Assembly: GCA_964397235.1 (NCBI GenBank)
Contig: CAYNHP010000001.1
Coordinates: 12,495 to 76,494, forward strand
Source of the DNA: an uncultured Bacteroides sp.
GTDB lineage: Bacteria; Bacteroidota; Bacteroidia; Bacteroidales; Muribaculaceae
Length of the DNA: 64,000 nucleotides
Reading direction: 5' to 3'
The notes beneath the pieces are model-generated. The model was not told the DNA's origin and did not search any database. It worked only from the letters and a program-made list of their open reading frames with translations. This document shows positions 28,190-37,246 of the stretch, one piece after another (the first letter of the stretch is position 1; each line of letters opens with the position of its first letter). A program made the translations under genes and the position numbers.

Positions 28190-29562
28190 GCCTGATTGGT
28201 TCTTAGCAGGTATAACGACAGCCTGTAAACCAGGTAGTTGAGGCCGAGGATGGTGATGGTCTCTATAAGCCCACCGATAATGTCGCCGCGGAGGCAGAAG
28301 AATATCAGGCCGAGGAAGAGCAGGTAGAAAGGCGCGAAGAGGTTTCGGGTTGAGCCGGCGAAGGTTTCATAGTAGGTGTAGTCCATCTTGGACACTATCC
28401 ATGCAAGAAGGAAGGTGAAGAGTATCACGCCGACGATGCCGCACAGGATGTAGCCCTCGCCCCAGAAGTTCATGGCAATGAAGTCGTAATCGAGGTCGTA
28501 GGTGTGGGCTATACGGTAGCCGGAGTTCATGGGTTTGGTAGGCCAGAAAATGCGCGGAATCCAAAAGAGGAAGAACTCCGACACCTGCCCGGTGAAGTCC
28601 ACGAACCCGTTCTGGAACGCGAAGGCGAACGACTGGTAGGAGTCGTAGTGCATGCTGTCGAACATATGGATGTTGAATTCCGGCCAATCGAAGCCTTTAT
28701 CGCTCCAAATCCGGAAATTTTCCAACAATGGAAAAACGATGAGAAATCCGGCTACAAAGATGAGAGCGAAGCGGTTGCGGAATCGGAGTGAGGGCAGGAG
28801 CATTATCAGCAGTGCAATGTAGAACACGGCGGCCCGAACACGTTCAAGCGACGTGGGGAAGTAGGCGATGAGCATCAGGCACAGAAGCAACGCCTTGTAT
28901 GTGCGGTTTTTGCCCATGGCCAGGTAGTTAATGCAGCAGAGGGCCGAAAGGGGCCGGACAATCCAATTGAGGGCAAACTGGAGGTATATGTCGGAGGTCC
29001 GCTCGAGGGTGAATCCGAATTCGTTGCGGCTTAATCCTCTGACCAGCAGGCGAATGGGTTCGGCGTGAAAGTAGGCAACCGTGAGAACCACGCTGAGGAT
29101 TCCGAATCCGAGCATTAGGTTGCGCCACAGGCGTTTTTTCTTTTCCGAAACGGCTTCGACGGCTGGTCGGGGGCGCATGAAGGGGCGTAGGATATGGGTG
29201 TAGAAGAAGCGGTAGCTGACCTCGAAGAGCACAAGTACTCCGGCCATGATGAGGTTGACCTTGACGTAGGTGGATTCTGCGATTATGTAGCCTCCGACTG
29301 TCTGGGCCCCGGTCTTGAACTGCATGAGCGGTGCCAGGCCCATGAAGAAGAACACGAATAGATAGACCATCTTGCGGGCGGAGTAGGAGCGGTCGGGTTC
29401 GGAAAGGATTCCCAGGAGAGAGAAAATCACGACCACGGCGTTGGTGGCGAATACTGCTGCAGAGCTATGGAGCGCAGGAGCCAGCATGATGGCGATATAG
29501 ATTCCTATCACCACCACAAACTCTATCTCTATCATAGAAAGAAAAGGAAACCGTCTGAGCAT
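28186..29562 (-). CDS. Polytopic membrane protein, O-antigen polymerase (Wzy)-like
   Basis: About 11 TM segments; FWIPRIFWPTKP and GEGYILCGIVG motifs; overlaps the GT4 start. Confidence 0.7.
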   Translation of the reverse strand: MLRRFPFLSMIEIEFVVVIGIYIAIMLAPALHSSAAVFATNAVVVIFSLLGILSEPDRSYSARKMVYLFVFFFMGLAPLMQFKTGAQTVGGYIIAESTYVKVNLIMAGVLVLFEVSYRFFYTHILRPFMRPRPAVEAVSEKKKRLWRNLMLGFGILSVVLTVAYFHAEPIRLLVRGLSRNEFGFTLERTSDIYLQFALNWIVRPLSALCCINYLAMGKNRTYKALLLCLMLIAYFPTSLERVRAAVFYIALLIMLLPSLRFRNRFALIFVAGFLIVFPLLENFRIWSDKGFDWPEFNIHMFDSMHYDSYQSFAFAFQNGFVDFTGQVSEFFLFWIPRIFWPTKPMNSGYRIAHTYDLDYDFIAMNFWGEGYILCGIVGVILFTFLLAWIVSKMDYTYYETFAGSTRNLFAPFYLLFLGLIFFCLRGDIIGGLIETITILGLNYLVYRLSLYLLRTNQA

Positions 29563-29608
29563 GTGACAACAATTGGGCTATGAACTGCAAAAGTAAACAT
29601 AAATTAGC

Positions 29609-29637
29609 AAACCACCTCCATTCGGAGGTGGTTTTTT
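29609..29637. terminator. Intrinsic terminator-like hairpin
   Basis: AAACCACCTCC-attc-GGAGGTGGTTTTTT. Confidence 0.75.
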
Positions 29638-29671
29638 GAGTGTTACTGGTAAAATTTGGCTAACGGGAGAT

Positions 29672-29949
29672 CAAGAAGCAAGCTTCTTGCACTAAAAACA
29701 AAATTCATAGCTTGGGAGGGCCGGCTTCGCCGCGGGGCTTTAACCTGAGGGCGGGGTGAACCCCGCTCACTGGTTCAAACCGCCTGGCGCAGATAACACA
29801 AAGGCCCTTTTGGCTGGCTTGTTGAAGGCACTTGTGGCGAGCGGGAGCTCGCCACCTCCATACCCTTCGCCCTTAGGACGCTCCGAACGAGCGTCCCTAC
29901 ATTTGGCGTTGCGGGTCATTGTGGAGAGCGGGAGCTCGCCACCTCCATA
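29672..29949. repeat. Cluster of REP-like palindromes (BIME-like)
   Basis: CAAGAAGC-AA-GCTTCTTG; GCGGGGT-GA-ACCCCGC; two 31-bp direct copies at 29832-29862 and 29919-29949; a GTAG-type REP on the minus strand at 29873-29900. Confidence 0.8.
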
Positions 29950-29966
29950 GCCGGGGGGCCCGTTGG

Positions 29967-30506
29967 TTAGCGGGTGGCCCAGAGGGGAGCGGCGGCCTGC
30001 TGATAGGATGCGAGGCCGGACTGGGACACTTCGAAGGTGTCGAAGGTGCCGTCGCCCATAGGGAGCTGGACGTGGTTGGCGTCCACGAAGGTGAAGAGGG
30101 TGTGGGTTTCGCCCTCGAGGGTGTAGGACCAGGTCTGTGCTTCAATGTCGAAGTCGAGGCGGACGGTGCTGCCGTCGGTGAGGCTGACGATGTCGTAGCC
30201 CTTGGAGTCGGAGGTTACCATGTACTTGCCGTCGTTGCCTTCGATGATTTTGGTGCCGGCTGCGATGGGGTTGGAGCCGCTCCAGAATTCGATGCTGTTG
30301 AGCACGAGCACATCGGCCAGGCCGCATACTTCGTAGACGGGGAGCACCCAGAATGCGAAGAATACGAGTTCGTTGAGGAACTTGTTGCCCACGGTGCGGT
30401 TCCAGCTCAGCAGTCGGTTGGAGAGAGAGAAGCTGCCTATGCAGGAGGAAGAAACCGTGCCCAGAATGAGGCAGGCCACAGCCAAGGTCATTACAGATTT
30501 TTTCAT
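29967..30506 (-). CDS. DUF3332-family protein
   Basis: SSCIGSFSLSNRLLSWN, NKFLNELVF, DVLVLNSIEFWSGSNP. Confidence 0.85.
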   Translation of the reverse strand: MKKSVMTLAVACLILGTVSSSCIGSFSLSNRLLSWNRTVGNKFLNELVFFAFWVLPVYEVCGLADVLVLNSIEFWSGSNPIAAGTKIIEGNDGKYMVTSDSKGYDIVSLTDGSTVRLDFDIEAQTWSYTLEGETHTLFTFVDANHVQLPMGDGTFDTFEVSQSGLASYQQAAAPLWATR

Positions 30507-30549
30507 ACGGGATAGGATTTGGGTTTAGATGATTTTTCGGGAGTAAATG

Positions 30550-31923
30550 TCAGGCGGCGATTTCGCGGCGTGCCTGCTCATAGAAGTTGTTGATGCCCTT
30601 GACGTAGGCCACAGTTTCGGTGCCTCGGCAATAGCCGTACTTCACGACGGGGTCGTTGTAGTATTTGGGGTTCATCTTCATAAGGATTGCCTTTTCGACA
30701 TTGTCGTCCCACCGCTGTGGGTCGAGTCCGTACTTGTCGGCCAGTGCGATAGCGTCGTACACGTGGGCGATTCCGACGTTGTAGGCGGCGATGACGAATT
30801 TGAGGCGTTCCTTATCGTTGGGGACATACTTGACCAGATAGGAGTCGAGGTCGTTTATGAGACGTGTGGCAACCTTGAGGCTTGTTTCGGGATTACCCAG
30901 TGAGCTGACGCTGGTGCGATACCCGCGAGCGGTTGCCGGCATGATCTGCATAAGGCCACGTGCGCCGACCCACGAGCGTGCATTTGGTTTGAAGCGGCTC
31001 TCGGTGTAGGCCTGGGCGGCCAGCAGGCGCCAGTCCCAGCCTATTGAAGGGGCGTACTTTTTGAACAGGTCGTCGTACTGCGAAATGTAGCCTTTGGCAA
31101 AGTCGAATTTCACGGTGGGGCGGAACTTGGTCTGCTCATAGTACTGTTTCAGGAGCTCCTCGTTGGTGCGCTGAGGGGATTCGGATGCAAACCAGCGGTC
31201 GATTTCCTCGGCGAGCTCCTTGTTGTCGGGCGCCACGGCCCAGGATGCTCGCTGGGGGAAGCTCACTTCGAGCGACACGTCAAGGTCGGGAAAATAGGTG
31301 CTGTTGAGGCGCGCTATGTCGCTGTCGACGATGGCCATAGGGATTTTTCCGTCGGACACCATCTGGACCAGGTCCTCGGTGATGATTGAGTCGCCGTCGA
31401 CCTCGCGGATTTCGATGCCTCCGCCAATTTCGTCGTTGAGGTGGCTGAGGCGGCGGAGATATTTGCTGTCGGATTCGACATAGACCTCCTTGCCTACCAG
31501 CTCAGTTACGTCGGTTATAGCTGGCTGACCCTTGACCTTGGGCTGGACGAGCACCTGAGTGGTGTAGTTTTCCGGGCCGCAAGGGAGGACATACTGCTTG
31601 TAATGCCCCGTGATGGGGACTTCGTAGGCAATGAGGTCCACCTTGCCCGAGTCCAGCATGGCGATGGCCTGGGTGAGGCTTGTGGCTACTTTGAGGTCCA
31701 GCACCATGTCCTTCTGGCGCGCCAGGCTGTCGACCAGCGTGTAGTCATAACCCATTGGTTCACCTTTATAGATGAAGTAAGATGTTGGTCCGTAGAGGGT
31801 TACCACCTTGAGGGTGTCGGGGGCCGAAGTGTCGGCGTCTACGCCGGATGTGCTGCCCGTGCAGCCTTGGAAAGACAAGGCTGCCAGAAGGCTGAGGGCT
31901 GTGGAGAGGACGACTTTTCGCAT
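30550..31923 (-). CDS. MltF-like lytic transglycosylase (periplasmic-binding + SLT domains)
   Basis: Lipoprotein signal; MGYDY; WDWRLLAAQAYTESRF, GARGLMQIMP, AAYNVG. Confidence 0.9.
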   Translation of the reverse strand: MRKVVLSTALSLLAALSFQGCTGSTSGVDADTSAPDTLKVVTLYGPTSYFIYKGEPMGYDYTLVDSLARQKDMVLDLKVATSLTQAIAMLDSGKVDLIAYEVPITGHYKQYVLPCGPENYTTQVLVQPKVKGQPAITDVTELVGKEVYVESDSKYLRRLSHLNDEIGGGIEIREVDGDSIITEDLVQMVSDGKIPMAIVDSDIARLNSTYFPDLDVSLEVSFPQRASWAVAPDNKELAEEIDRWFASESPQRTNEELLKQYYEQTKFRPTVKFDFAKGYISQYDDLFKKYAPSIGWDWRLLAAQAYTESRFKPNARSWVGARGLMQIMPATARGYRTSVSSLGNPETSLKVATRLINDLDSYLVKYVPNDKERLKFVIAAYNVGIAHVYDAIALADKYGLDPQRWDDNVEKAILMKMNPKYYNDPVVKYGYCRGTETVAYVKGINNFYEQARREIAA

Positions 31924-31958
31924 ATCTTGTATATTATTTTGCGGCGAAAGCTGAATTA

Positions 31959-33128
31959 TCAATATTCAAACTCGCCCCACTCGCTCTTGATAGTCAAGTG
32001 CTTGCGGGAGTCAGCTTCCACGCGGCCCACCACCCGGGCGTCCACGCCGAATTCGGCGGCGATGGCGATGATTTCCTCGGCTGCGTCGGCCGGTACGTAG
32101 AACTCGAAGCGATGGCCCATGTTGAAGACTCGGTACATCTCCTTGGGGTCGGTTCCGGACTCGCGGTGGATGAGCTCGAACAGCGGGGGCACGGGGAAGA
32201 GATTATCCTTAATAACGTGGACGTCGCCGACAAAGTTCAGCACCTTTGTCTGGGCGCCGCCGGAGCAGTGGATCATGCCGTGGATTTTGGGCCTCATGGC
32301 GTCGAGGACCTTCTTGACGATGGGAGCGTATGTGCGCGTGGGTGAAAGGACGAGCTTACCGGCGTTGACGGGCGCACCATCAACGGGAGAGGTCAGTTCC
32401 ATGGTGCCGCAGTAGACGAGTTCGTCGGGGACGCCGGCGTCGAAGGTCTCGGGGTACTTTTCCTTGACGGACTTGCCGAAGACGTCATGGCGTGCGGATG
32501 TAAGGCCGTTGGAGCCCATGCCGCCGTTATACTCCGTTTCGTAGACAGCCTGACCGAAGGATGCGAGACCTACGATGACGTCGCCGGGGCTGATGTTGGC
32601 GTTGTCCACCACGTCGGCGCGGCGCATGCGGCAGGTTACGGTGCTGTCGACGATGATGGTGCGCACCAGGTCGCCCACGTCGGCTGTTTCGCCTCCGGTG
32701 GAGTAGATGTTCACGCCCTGACGGCGCAGCTCTTCGAGAAGCTCCTCGGTGCCGTTGATAATGGCTGATATAACCTCGCCGGGCACGATGCGCTTATTGC
32801 GGCCGATGGTGGAGGAGAGGAGGATATTGTCCGTGGCGCCCACGCACAGGAGGTCGTCGATGTTCATGATCAGGGCGTCCTGCGCGATTCCTTTCCACAC
32901 GTTCAGGTCGCCGGTTTCCTTCCAGTAGGCGTATGCGAGGGATGATTTGGTGCCGGCGCCGTCGGCGTGCATGATGTTGCACCATTCGGGGTCGCCGCCG
33001 AGGTAGTCGGGAACGATTTTGCAGAATGCGCCCGGGAAGAGGCCTTTGTCGATATTTTTGATGGCGGAATGGACATCCTCCTTGGTGGCGGACACTCCGC
33101 GCAGGTTGTAGCGTGCGCTGTCAGTCAT
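31959..33128 (-). CDS. purM: Phosphoribosylformylglycinamidine cyclo-ligase (Bacteroidetes AIR synthase)
   Basis: RGVSATKEDVH, HADGAGTKS, GGETADVGD, HCSGGAQTK, VFNMGHR. Confidence 0.93.
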   Translation of the reverse strand: MTDSARYNLRGVSATKEDVHSAIKNIDKGLFPGAFCKIVPDYLGGDPEWCNIMHADGAGTKSSLAYAYWKETGDLNVWKGIAQDALIMNIDDLLCVGATDNILLSSTIGRNKRIVPGEVISAIINGTEELLEELRRQGVNIYSTGGETADVGDLVRTIIVDSTVTCRMRRADVVDNANISPGDVIVGLASFGQAVYETEYNGGMGSNGLTSARHDVFGKSVKEKYPETFDAGVPDELVYCGTMELTSPVDGAPVNAGKLVLSPTRTYAPIVKKVLDAMRPKIHGMIHCSGGAQTKVLNFVGDVHVIKDNLFPVPPLFELIHRESGTDPKEMYRVFNMGHRFEFYVPADAAEEIIAIAAEFGVDARVVGRVEADSRKHLTIKSEWGEFEY

Positions 33129-33129
33129 T

Positions 33130-35328
33130 TTATTTCAAAGAATTGAGTTTGGTTTTATCTCCAACCAACCACACGATGTCGCCTGGGGCGAACCGGAGGT
33201 CGGGCACAGTGTCTATATGTTCTTCGCCGCGGTCGACGGCCACCACGACGGCCTCGTAGTTATCGCGAAGGGCGGACGAGCGTGGTGTCTGGCCGACAAG
33301 AGGCGACTTGTCTGAGAGCAGGATGCTTTCGAGGACCATGCGGGAGGGGTCGTCGGAGGCGCTGTCGGGCAGCGGTACCTCAATGTCGTGGAGGAAGTTC
33401 TCGAGGCTCTCGTCGGTTCCGATAACGGTGATGACGTCGCCGGGGAAGAGACGTACCTTACCTCCGGGTATGGCAATAAAGCGGTTGTCGCGCTGGATGC
33501 CGACGACGTTGACGCCGTAGCGCTGGCGCAAGTTGGAGTCCATGAGCTGGCGTCCTACAAAGGAGGACCCGGCGCCAACGACCATGTAGGCCTGGTGGAG
33601 GTCATGGACAACGGCGTTTTTCTTGCCGCTCTTGCGCAGCTCGCGTTCGTTGAGGTTGTCCATGAACTTGCTTTCGATTTTATTCATGGACTCGCGGACG
33701 CGTCGTGAGAAGTAGAGGATTATGAGGAGGACCACCGCCAGGGCGACCAGGATGCCGGCCTTGGTGGAGTAGGCCATGGTGATGGTCCGGACAATGAAAA
33801 AGATGGCGATGATGATGCGGAAGGTTGTGAGGACCACGCGGGGGATGACGCTGATTTTGGAGTTGCCATCGGCGTCCTTTTCGTCCTTGATCGGGAGGCT
33901 CAGGGCCAGCAGGAAGGGTGACATCACGATGAGCGTTGCAGCCACGCCGATGGCATTGCCCCAGTTGGACCAGAGGTCGCGCAGCCGGGGAAGGACGTAC
34001 TCGTTTGACACTATCATGATGGCCAGCAGCACGATAGAGTAGAGGACGGTGCGCCAGATGTAGCGTTTGAGCATCGCGCCCCAAGGTTTGCGCTGGGCCT
34101 CGCTGCGGTCGCATTCCTTCTGGTAGCGGTGGATGAGGAAGTTGAGGCGCGAGGGGAGGATGCGCTCCAGGAAGTTGTAGAACGGGAGCGACATTTTGAT
34201 GAAATAGGGCGTGGTGAAGGTGGTTATCACAGATACTGCGACCACGATGGGGTAGATGTTGACGTCCAGCACACCGAGGGACATGCCGAGCGTTGCGATA
34301 ATGAATGCGAATTCACCGATTTGCGTAAGGGAGAATCCTGACTGAATTGCGACTTTGAGGGTCTGACCAGTGGCGAGCATACCGAAAGTTCCGAACACGA
34401 TCATGCCCACGATGACCACGCCGCTCAGCAGCAGGATCGGCCCCCAGTACTCGGCCAGGATGTGGGGCTGAACCATCATGCCCACGGAGATGAAGAACAC
34501 GGCGCCGAAGAGGTCCTTCACGGGTGTAACCACATGCTCGATTCGTTCGGCATAGGAAGTGCCTGCAAGAATCGAACCCATCACGAAGGCACCGAGAGCG
34601 AGGGAGAAGCCGCAGTAGACGGAGAACACCGCCATGCCCAGGCAAAGGCCCATAGACACCACCAGGAGCGTCTCGCTGTTGAGGAAGCGGCGGATGCGGT
34701 TGAGCAGCGAGGGGAGCACGTAAACGCCCACCAGGAACCAGATGATGAGGAAGAATACGAGTTTGCCCACGGAGTAGAGCAGTTCGCTGCCTTCGACGCT
34801 GTTGTTGATGGCGATTGACGAAAGGAGCACCATCATCAACACCGCAAAGAGGTCCTCCACAATGAGCACCGCCAGCACAAGGGAGGCGAATTTTTTCTGG
34901 CGCAGGCCCATGTCGGTGAACGCCTTTATAATTATTGTGGTGGATGACATTGAAAGCATGCCGCCGAGGAAGAGGCTGTTGATGTTGTTGAAGTGGAGCA
35001 GATGGCCGATGGCGAATCCCGAGCCCATCATTCCCACGATGATGATCAGGGCCGTGACTACGGCCGAGCCGCCCGAGTTGAGCAGTTTACGGAAACTGAA
35101 TTCGAGGCCGAGGGAAAAGAGGAGCACCACGATACCGATCTGAGCCCAGAAGTCGATGTTCTCCTCGGTTGTTACCGAAGGAAGGTACTCGAAATTGGGA
35201 CTGGAAAGGAAGCCGGCCACGATGTAGCCGAGCACCACCGGCTGTTTGATCCATTTGAACAGCACCGTCACGACGGCGCCCAGCAGGAGGATGAATGCTA
35301 AATCGGTGATAAGACTTTCTATGTTCAT
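33130..35328 (-). CDS. CPA2 cation:proton antiporter with TrkA-C domains
   Basis: KQPVVLGYIVAG, LFSLGLEFS, SSTTIIIK, QIGEFAFIIA; two C-terminal RCK-C repeats. Confidence 0.93.
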   Translation of the reverse strand: MNIESLITDLAFILLLGAVVTVLFKWIKQPVVLGYIVAGFLSSPNFEYLPSVTTEENIDFWAQIGIVVLLFSLGLEFSFRKLLNSGGSAVVTALIIIVGMMGSGFAIGHLLHFNNINSLFLGGMLSMSSTTIIIKAFTDMGLRQKKFASLVLAVLIVEDLFAVLMMVLLSSIAINNSVEGSELLYSVGKLVFFLIIWFLVGVYVLPSLLNRIRRFLNSETLLVVSMGLCLGMAVFSVYCGFSLALGAFVMGSILAGTSYAERIEHVVTPVKDLFGAVFFISVGMMVQPHILAEYWGPILLLSGVVIVGMIVFGTFGMLATGQTLKVAIQSGFSLTQIGEFAFIIATLGMSLGVLDVNIYPIVVAVSVITTFTTPYFIKMSLPFYNFLERILPSRLNFLIHRYQKECDRSEAQRKPWGAMLKRYIWRTVLYSIVLLAIMIVSNEYVLPRLRDLWSNWGNAIGVAATLIVMSPFLLALSLPIKDEKDADGNSKISVIPRVVLTTFRIIIAIFFIVRTITMAYSTKAGILVALAVVLLIILYFSRRVRESMNKIESKFMDNLNERELRKSGKKNAVVHDLHQAYMVVGAGSSFVGRQLMDSNLRQRYGVNVVGIQRDNRFIAIPGGKVRLFPGDVITVIGTDESLENFLHDIEVPLPDSASDDPSRMVLESILLSDKSPLVGQTPRSSALRDNYEAVVVAVDRGEEHIDTVPDLRFAPGDIVWLVGDKTKLNSLK

Positions 35329-35333
35329 AGCTA

Positions 35334-36065
35334 TCAGATACTTAATTGGGATGCAAGCGAAATGGCCTTTGTGGGATGAAGTTTGCAGAGTTCTTCGAAC
35401 AGGGCGATGTAGTCGGTGGCCTCGCGCCCGAGGATGAGTATGTTCAGGCTTGTTTCGTTGTTTTCGTAGTCGTAGTTGATGTAGTAGGTGCTCATGTGGA
35501 CGCCGTTTGCCTGGAGCAGCTTGCGGTAGTCGTCAACGTCGGTGACGATGTCCGAGGTCTTGATTCGTATGGTGCGGCTTTCCGAGCCTCGACCAACCTT
35601 GTGTTCCCAGCTTTCGAGCTGGACCAATATGAAGAGAATCAGGCCGGTAGCGATGATAGAAAGCCAGTACATCCCCAGACCTACGGCCATACCGATGATT
35701 GCGACCATCCATATTCCGGCGGCCGTTGTGAGGCCGCGCACCGACCCTTTCATCTGGATGATTGCGCCGGCACCGAGGAAGCCGATGCCGCTGATGACCT
35801 GCGCCGCGATACGCCCCGGGTCGCCGTTTTTGAGACCCATGTACTCCTGGGGAACGTAGATACTCAGAAGCATGGCCAGTGTTGCGCCCATGCAAATGAG
35901 CGAGAAGGTACGGACGCCGGCGCTCTGGCCCTTGCGTTTGCGCTCGAAGCCTATGGCGGCGCCGAGCATAAGGCTCAGGCACAGCTTGTAGATTGACCCT
36001 ACGGTGTTGACTTCCACAGCGTTAATGTGGTCGTACACCGAGGTGATGATGCTCATGGCGTCCAT
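35334..36065 (-). CDS. MgtC/SapB-family protein
   Basis: IGFER, AGVRTF, DPGRIAAQVISGIGFLGAG, GLTTAAGIW. Confidence 0.95.
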   Translation of the reverse strand: MDAMSIITSVYDHINAVEVNTVGSIYKLCLSLMLGAAIGFERKRKGQSAGVRTFSLICMGATLAMLLSIYVPQEYMGLKNGDPGRIAAQVISGIGFLGAGAIIQMKGSVRGLTTAAGIWMVAIIGMAVGLGMYWLSIIATGLILFILVQLESWEHKVGRGSESRTIRIKTSDIVTDVDDYRKLLQANGVHMSTYYINYDYENNETSLNILILGREATDYIALFEELCKLHPTKAISLASQLSI

Positions 36066-37012
36066 CAATTGAGCTGGAATTTACGGGATATGAGGCGGAA
36101 GTTGTCGGCAAAGAGTTCCACGGTGTATTCGCCGGGAGTCAGGGCTGTGTCGACGTCATAATATATGGTGACTCCGGCAATTTCCTCGCCCTCGTACTCG
36201 ATGGTTTTGCGGGCAGTGAAGGGCACGTTGCCGCCCTCGAAGGGGAAGGTGGCGCCTCCACCGAGCAGTTGGCCCGAGGGAGAGATTATGCGCAGATAGA
36301 TGGTTTTTTCGCCTACGGGGGTGGAATTGTTCTGCGGAATGGTGAATGTTACCATGAGCTGGACGGCCTTGGCAACCTTCTTTTCGTTCTTTCCTTTTTT
36401 GTTCAAGGCGGTGAGGTTCAGGCCCGTAACATTCAGTTTTTCGGCCAGTGTCATTCGTTCGTTGAGCACCTTGTTGTCGCGCTGGGTTGTCTCGACCTTG
36501 CTGGTCAGCTGCTCGTTCTGCTTCTTGATGGTTGCATTTTCGTCGCGCAGCTGGGCATTTTCCTTGTTGAGGCGGTCGATTTCCTCCACATAGTGCTTGA
36601 GGAGGTCGCGCAGGGTGTTGATTTCCGAACGCAGGCGGCTGATTTCGGCGGCGCTCTTATGCTTCTGATTTGCAAGCTCCTGCTGGAGTTTCTCCACCTG
36701 CAGGCGGGCGGCCTCGTACTTGTCGTTGAGTTCGCGTTTGACGGAGTCGTCGACTATGAACTTGCGCGAGTTTTCGAACTGTGCGAATTCGGCGTTGAGG
36801 TCGTCGTACTCGCGCTCGAGGTCTTTTTGTGCCTGATCGAGCTGCATCTGTTCATATTGTGCCTGAACGGCCGCGGCCTGACGGTTGGCGCTCACGGTGG
36901 AATATACAAGGTAGGCGATGAGCAGTATGACCAGGGCTGATCCGCCGTAGACAAGCAGGTTCTTCATCTTGGCGTTGTTTCCGCCGGGGGTGGGAGTATT
37001 TTTGGGTTCCAT
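36065..37012 (-). CDS. Membrane-anchored coiled-coil protein, hypothetical
   Basis: One N-terminal TM segment, long heptad region, C-terminal beta-rich domain. Confidence 0.8.
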   Translation of the reverse strand: MEPKNTPTPGGNNAKMKNLLVYGGSALVILLIAYLVYSTVSANRQAAAVQAQYEQMQLDQAQKDLEREYDDLNAEFAQFENSRKFIVDDSVKRELNDKYEAARLQVEKLQQELANQKHKSAAEISRLRSEINTLRDLLKHYVEEIDRLNKENAQLRDENATIKKQNEQLTSKVETTQRDNKVLNERMTLAEKLNVTGLNLTALNKKGKNEKKVAKAVQLMVTFTIPQNNSTPVGEKTIYLRIISPSGQLLGGGATFPFEGGNVPFTARKTIEYEGEEIAGVTIYYDVDTALTPGEYTVELFADNFRLISRKFQLN

Positions 37013-37020
37013 TTCTTAAA

Positions 37021-37244
37021 TTCATAATTCATAATGCATAATTCATAATTCTTGCTGCGCAAGCGCCGGAGGCGATGACTTGCTTCGCAAGCGCCGGAGG
37101 CGATGACTTGCTTCGCAAGCGCCGGAGGCGATGACTTAGTGCATATTATATAATGTTTATTAATCTACTAATCTCTTAATCTCCTAATCTATTACTCTTT
37201 TAATCTCTAATCTCTAATATCTAATCTTCTAAACTCCAATCTCT
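37021..37244. repeat. Composite repeat: 4x TTCATAA, 3x 28-bp double-hairpin unit, ~11x TAATCTC(N)
   Basis: 7-mers at 37021-37051; CTTGCTKCGCAAGCGCCGGAGGCGATGA at 37051, 37079 and 37107; TAATCT-type 7/8-mers at 37161-37244. Confidence 0.92.
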
Positions 37245-37246
37245 CA

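Noticed and set aside
37051-37137. 28-bp palindromic repeat x3 as a CRISPR array
   Set aside because: Units are head-to-tail with no spacers, and there are no cas genes in the window.
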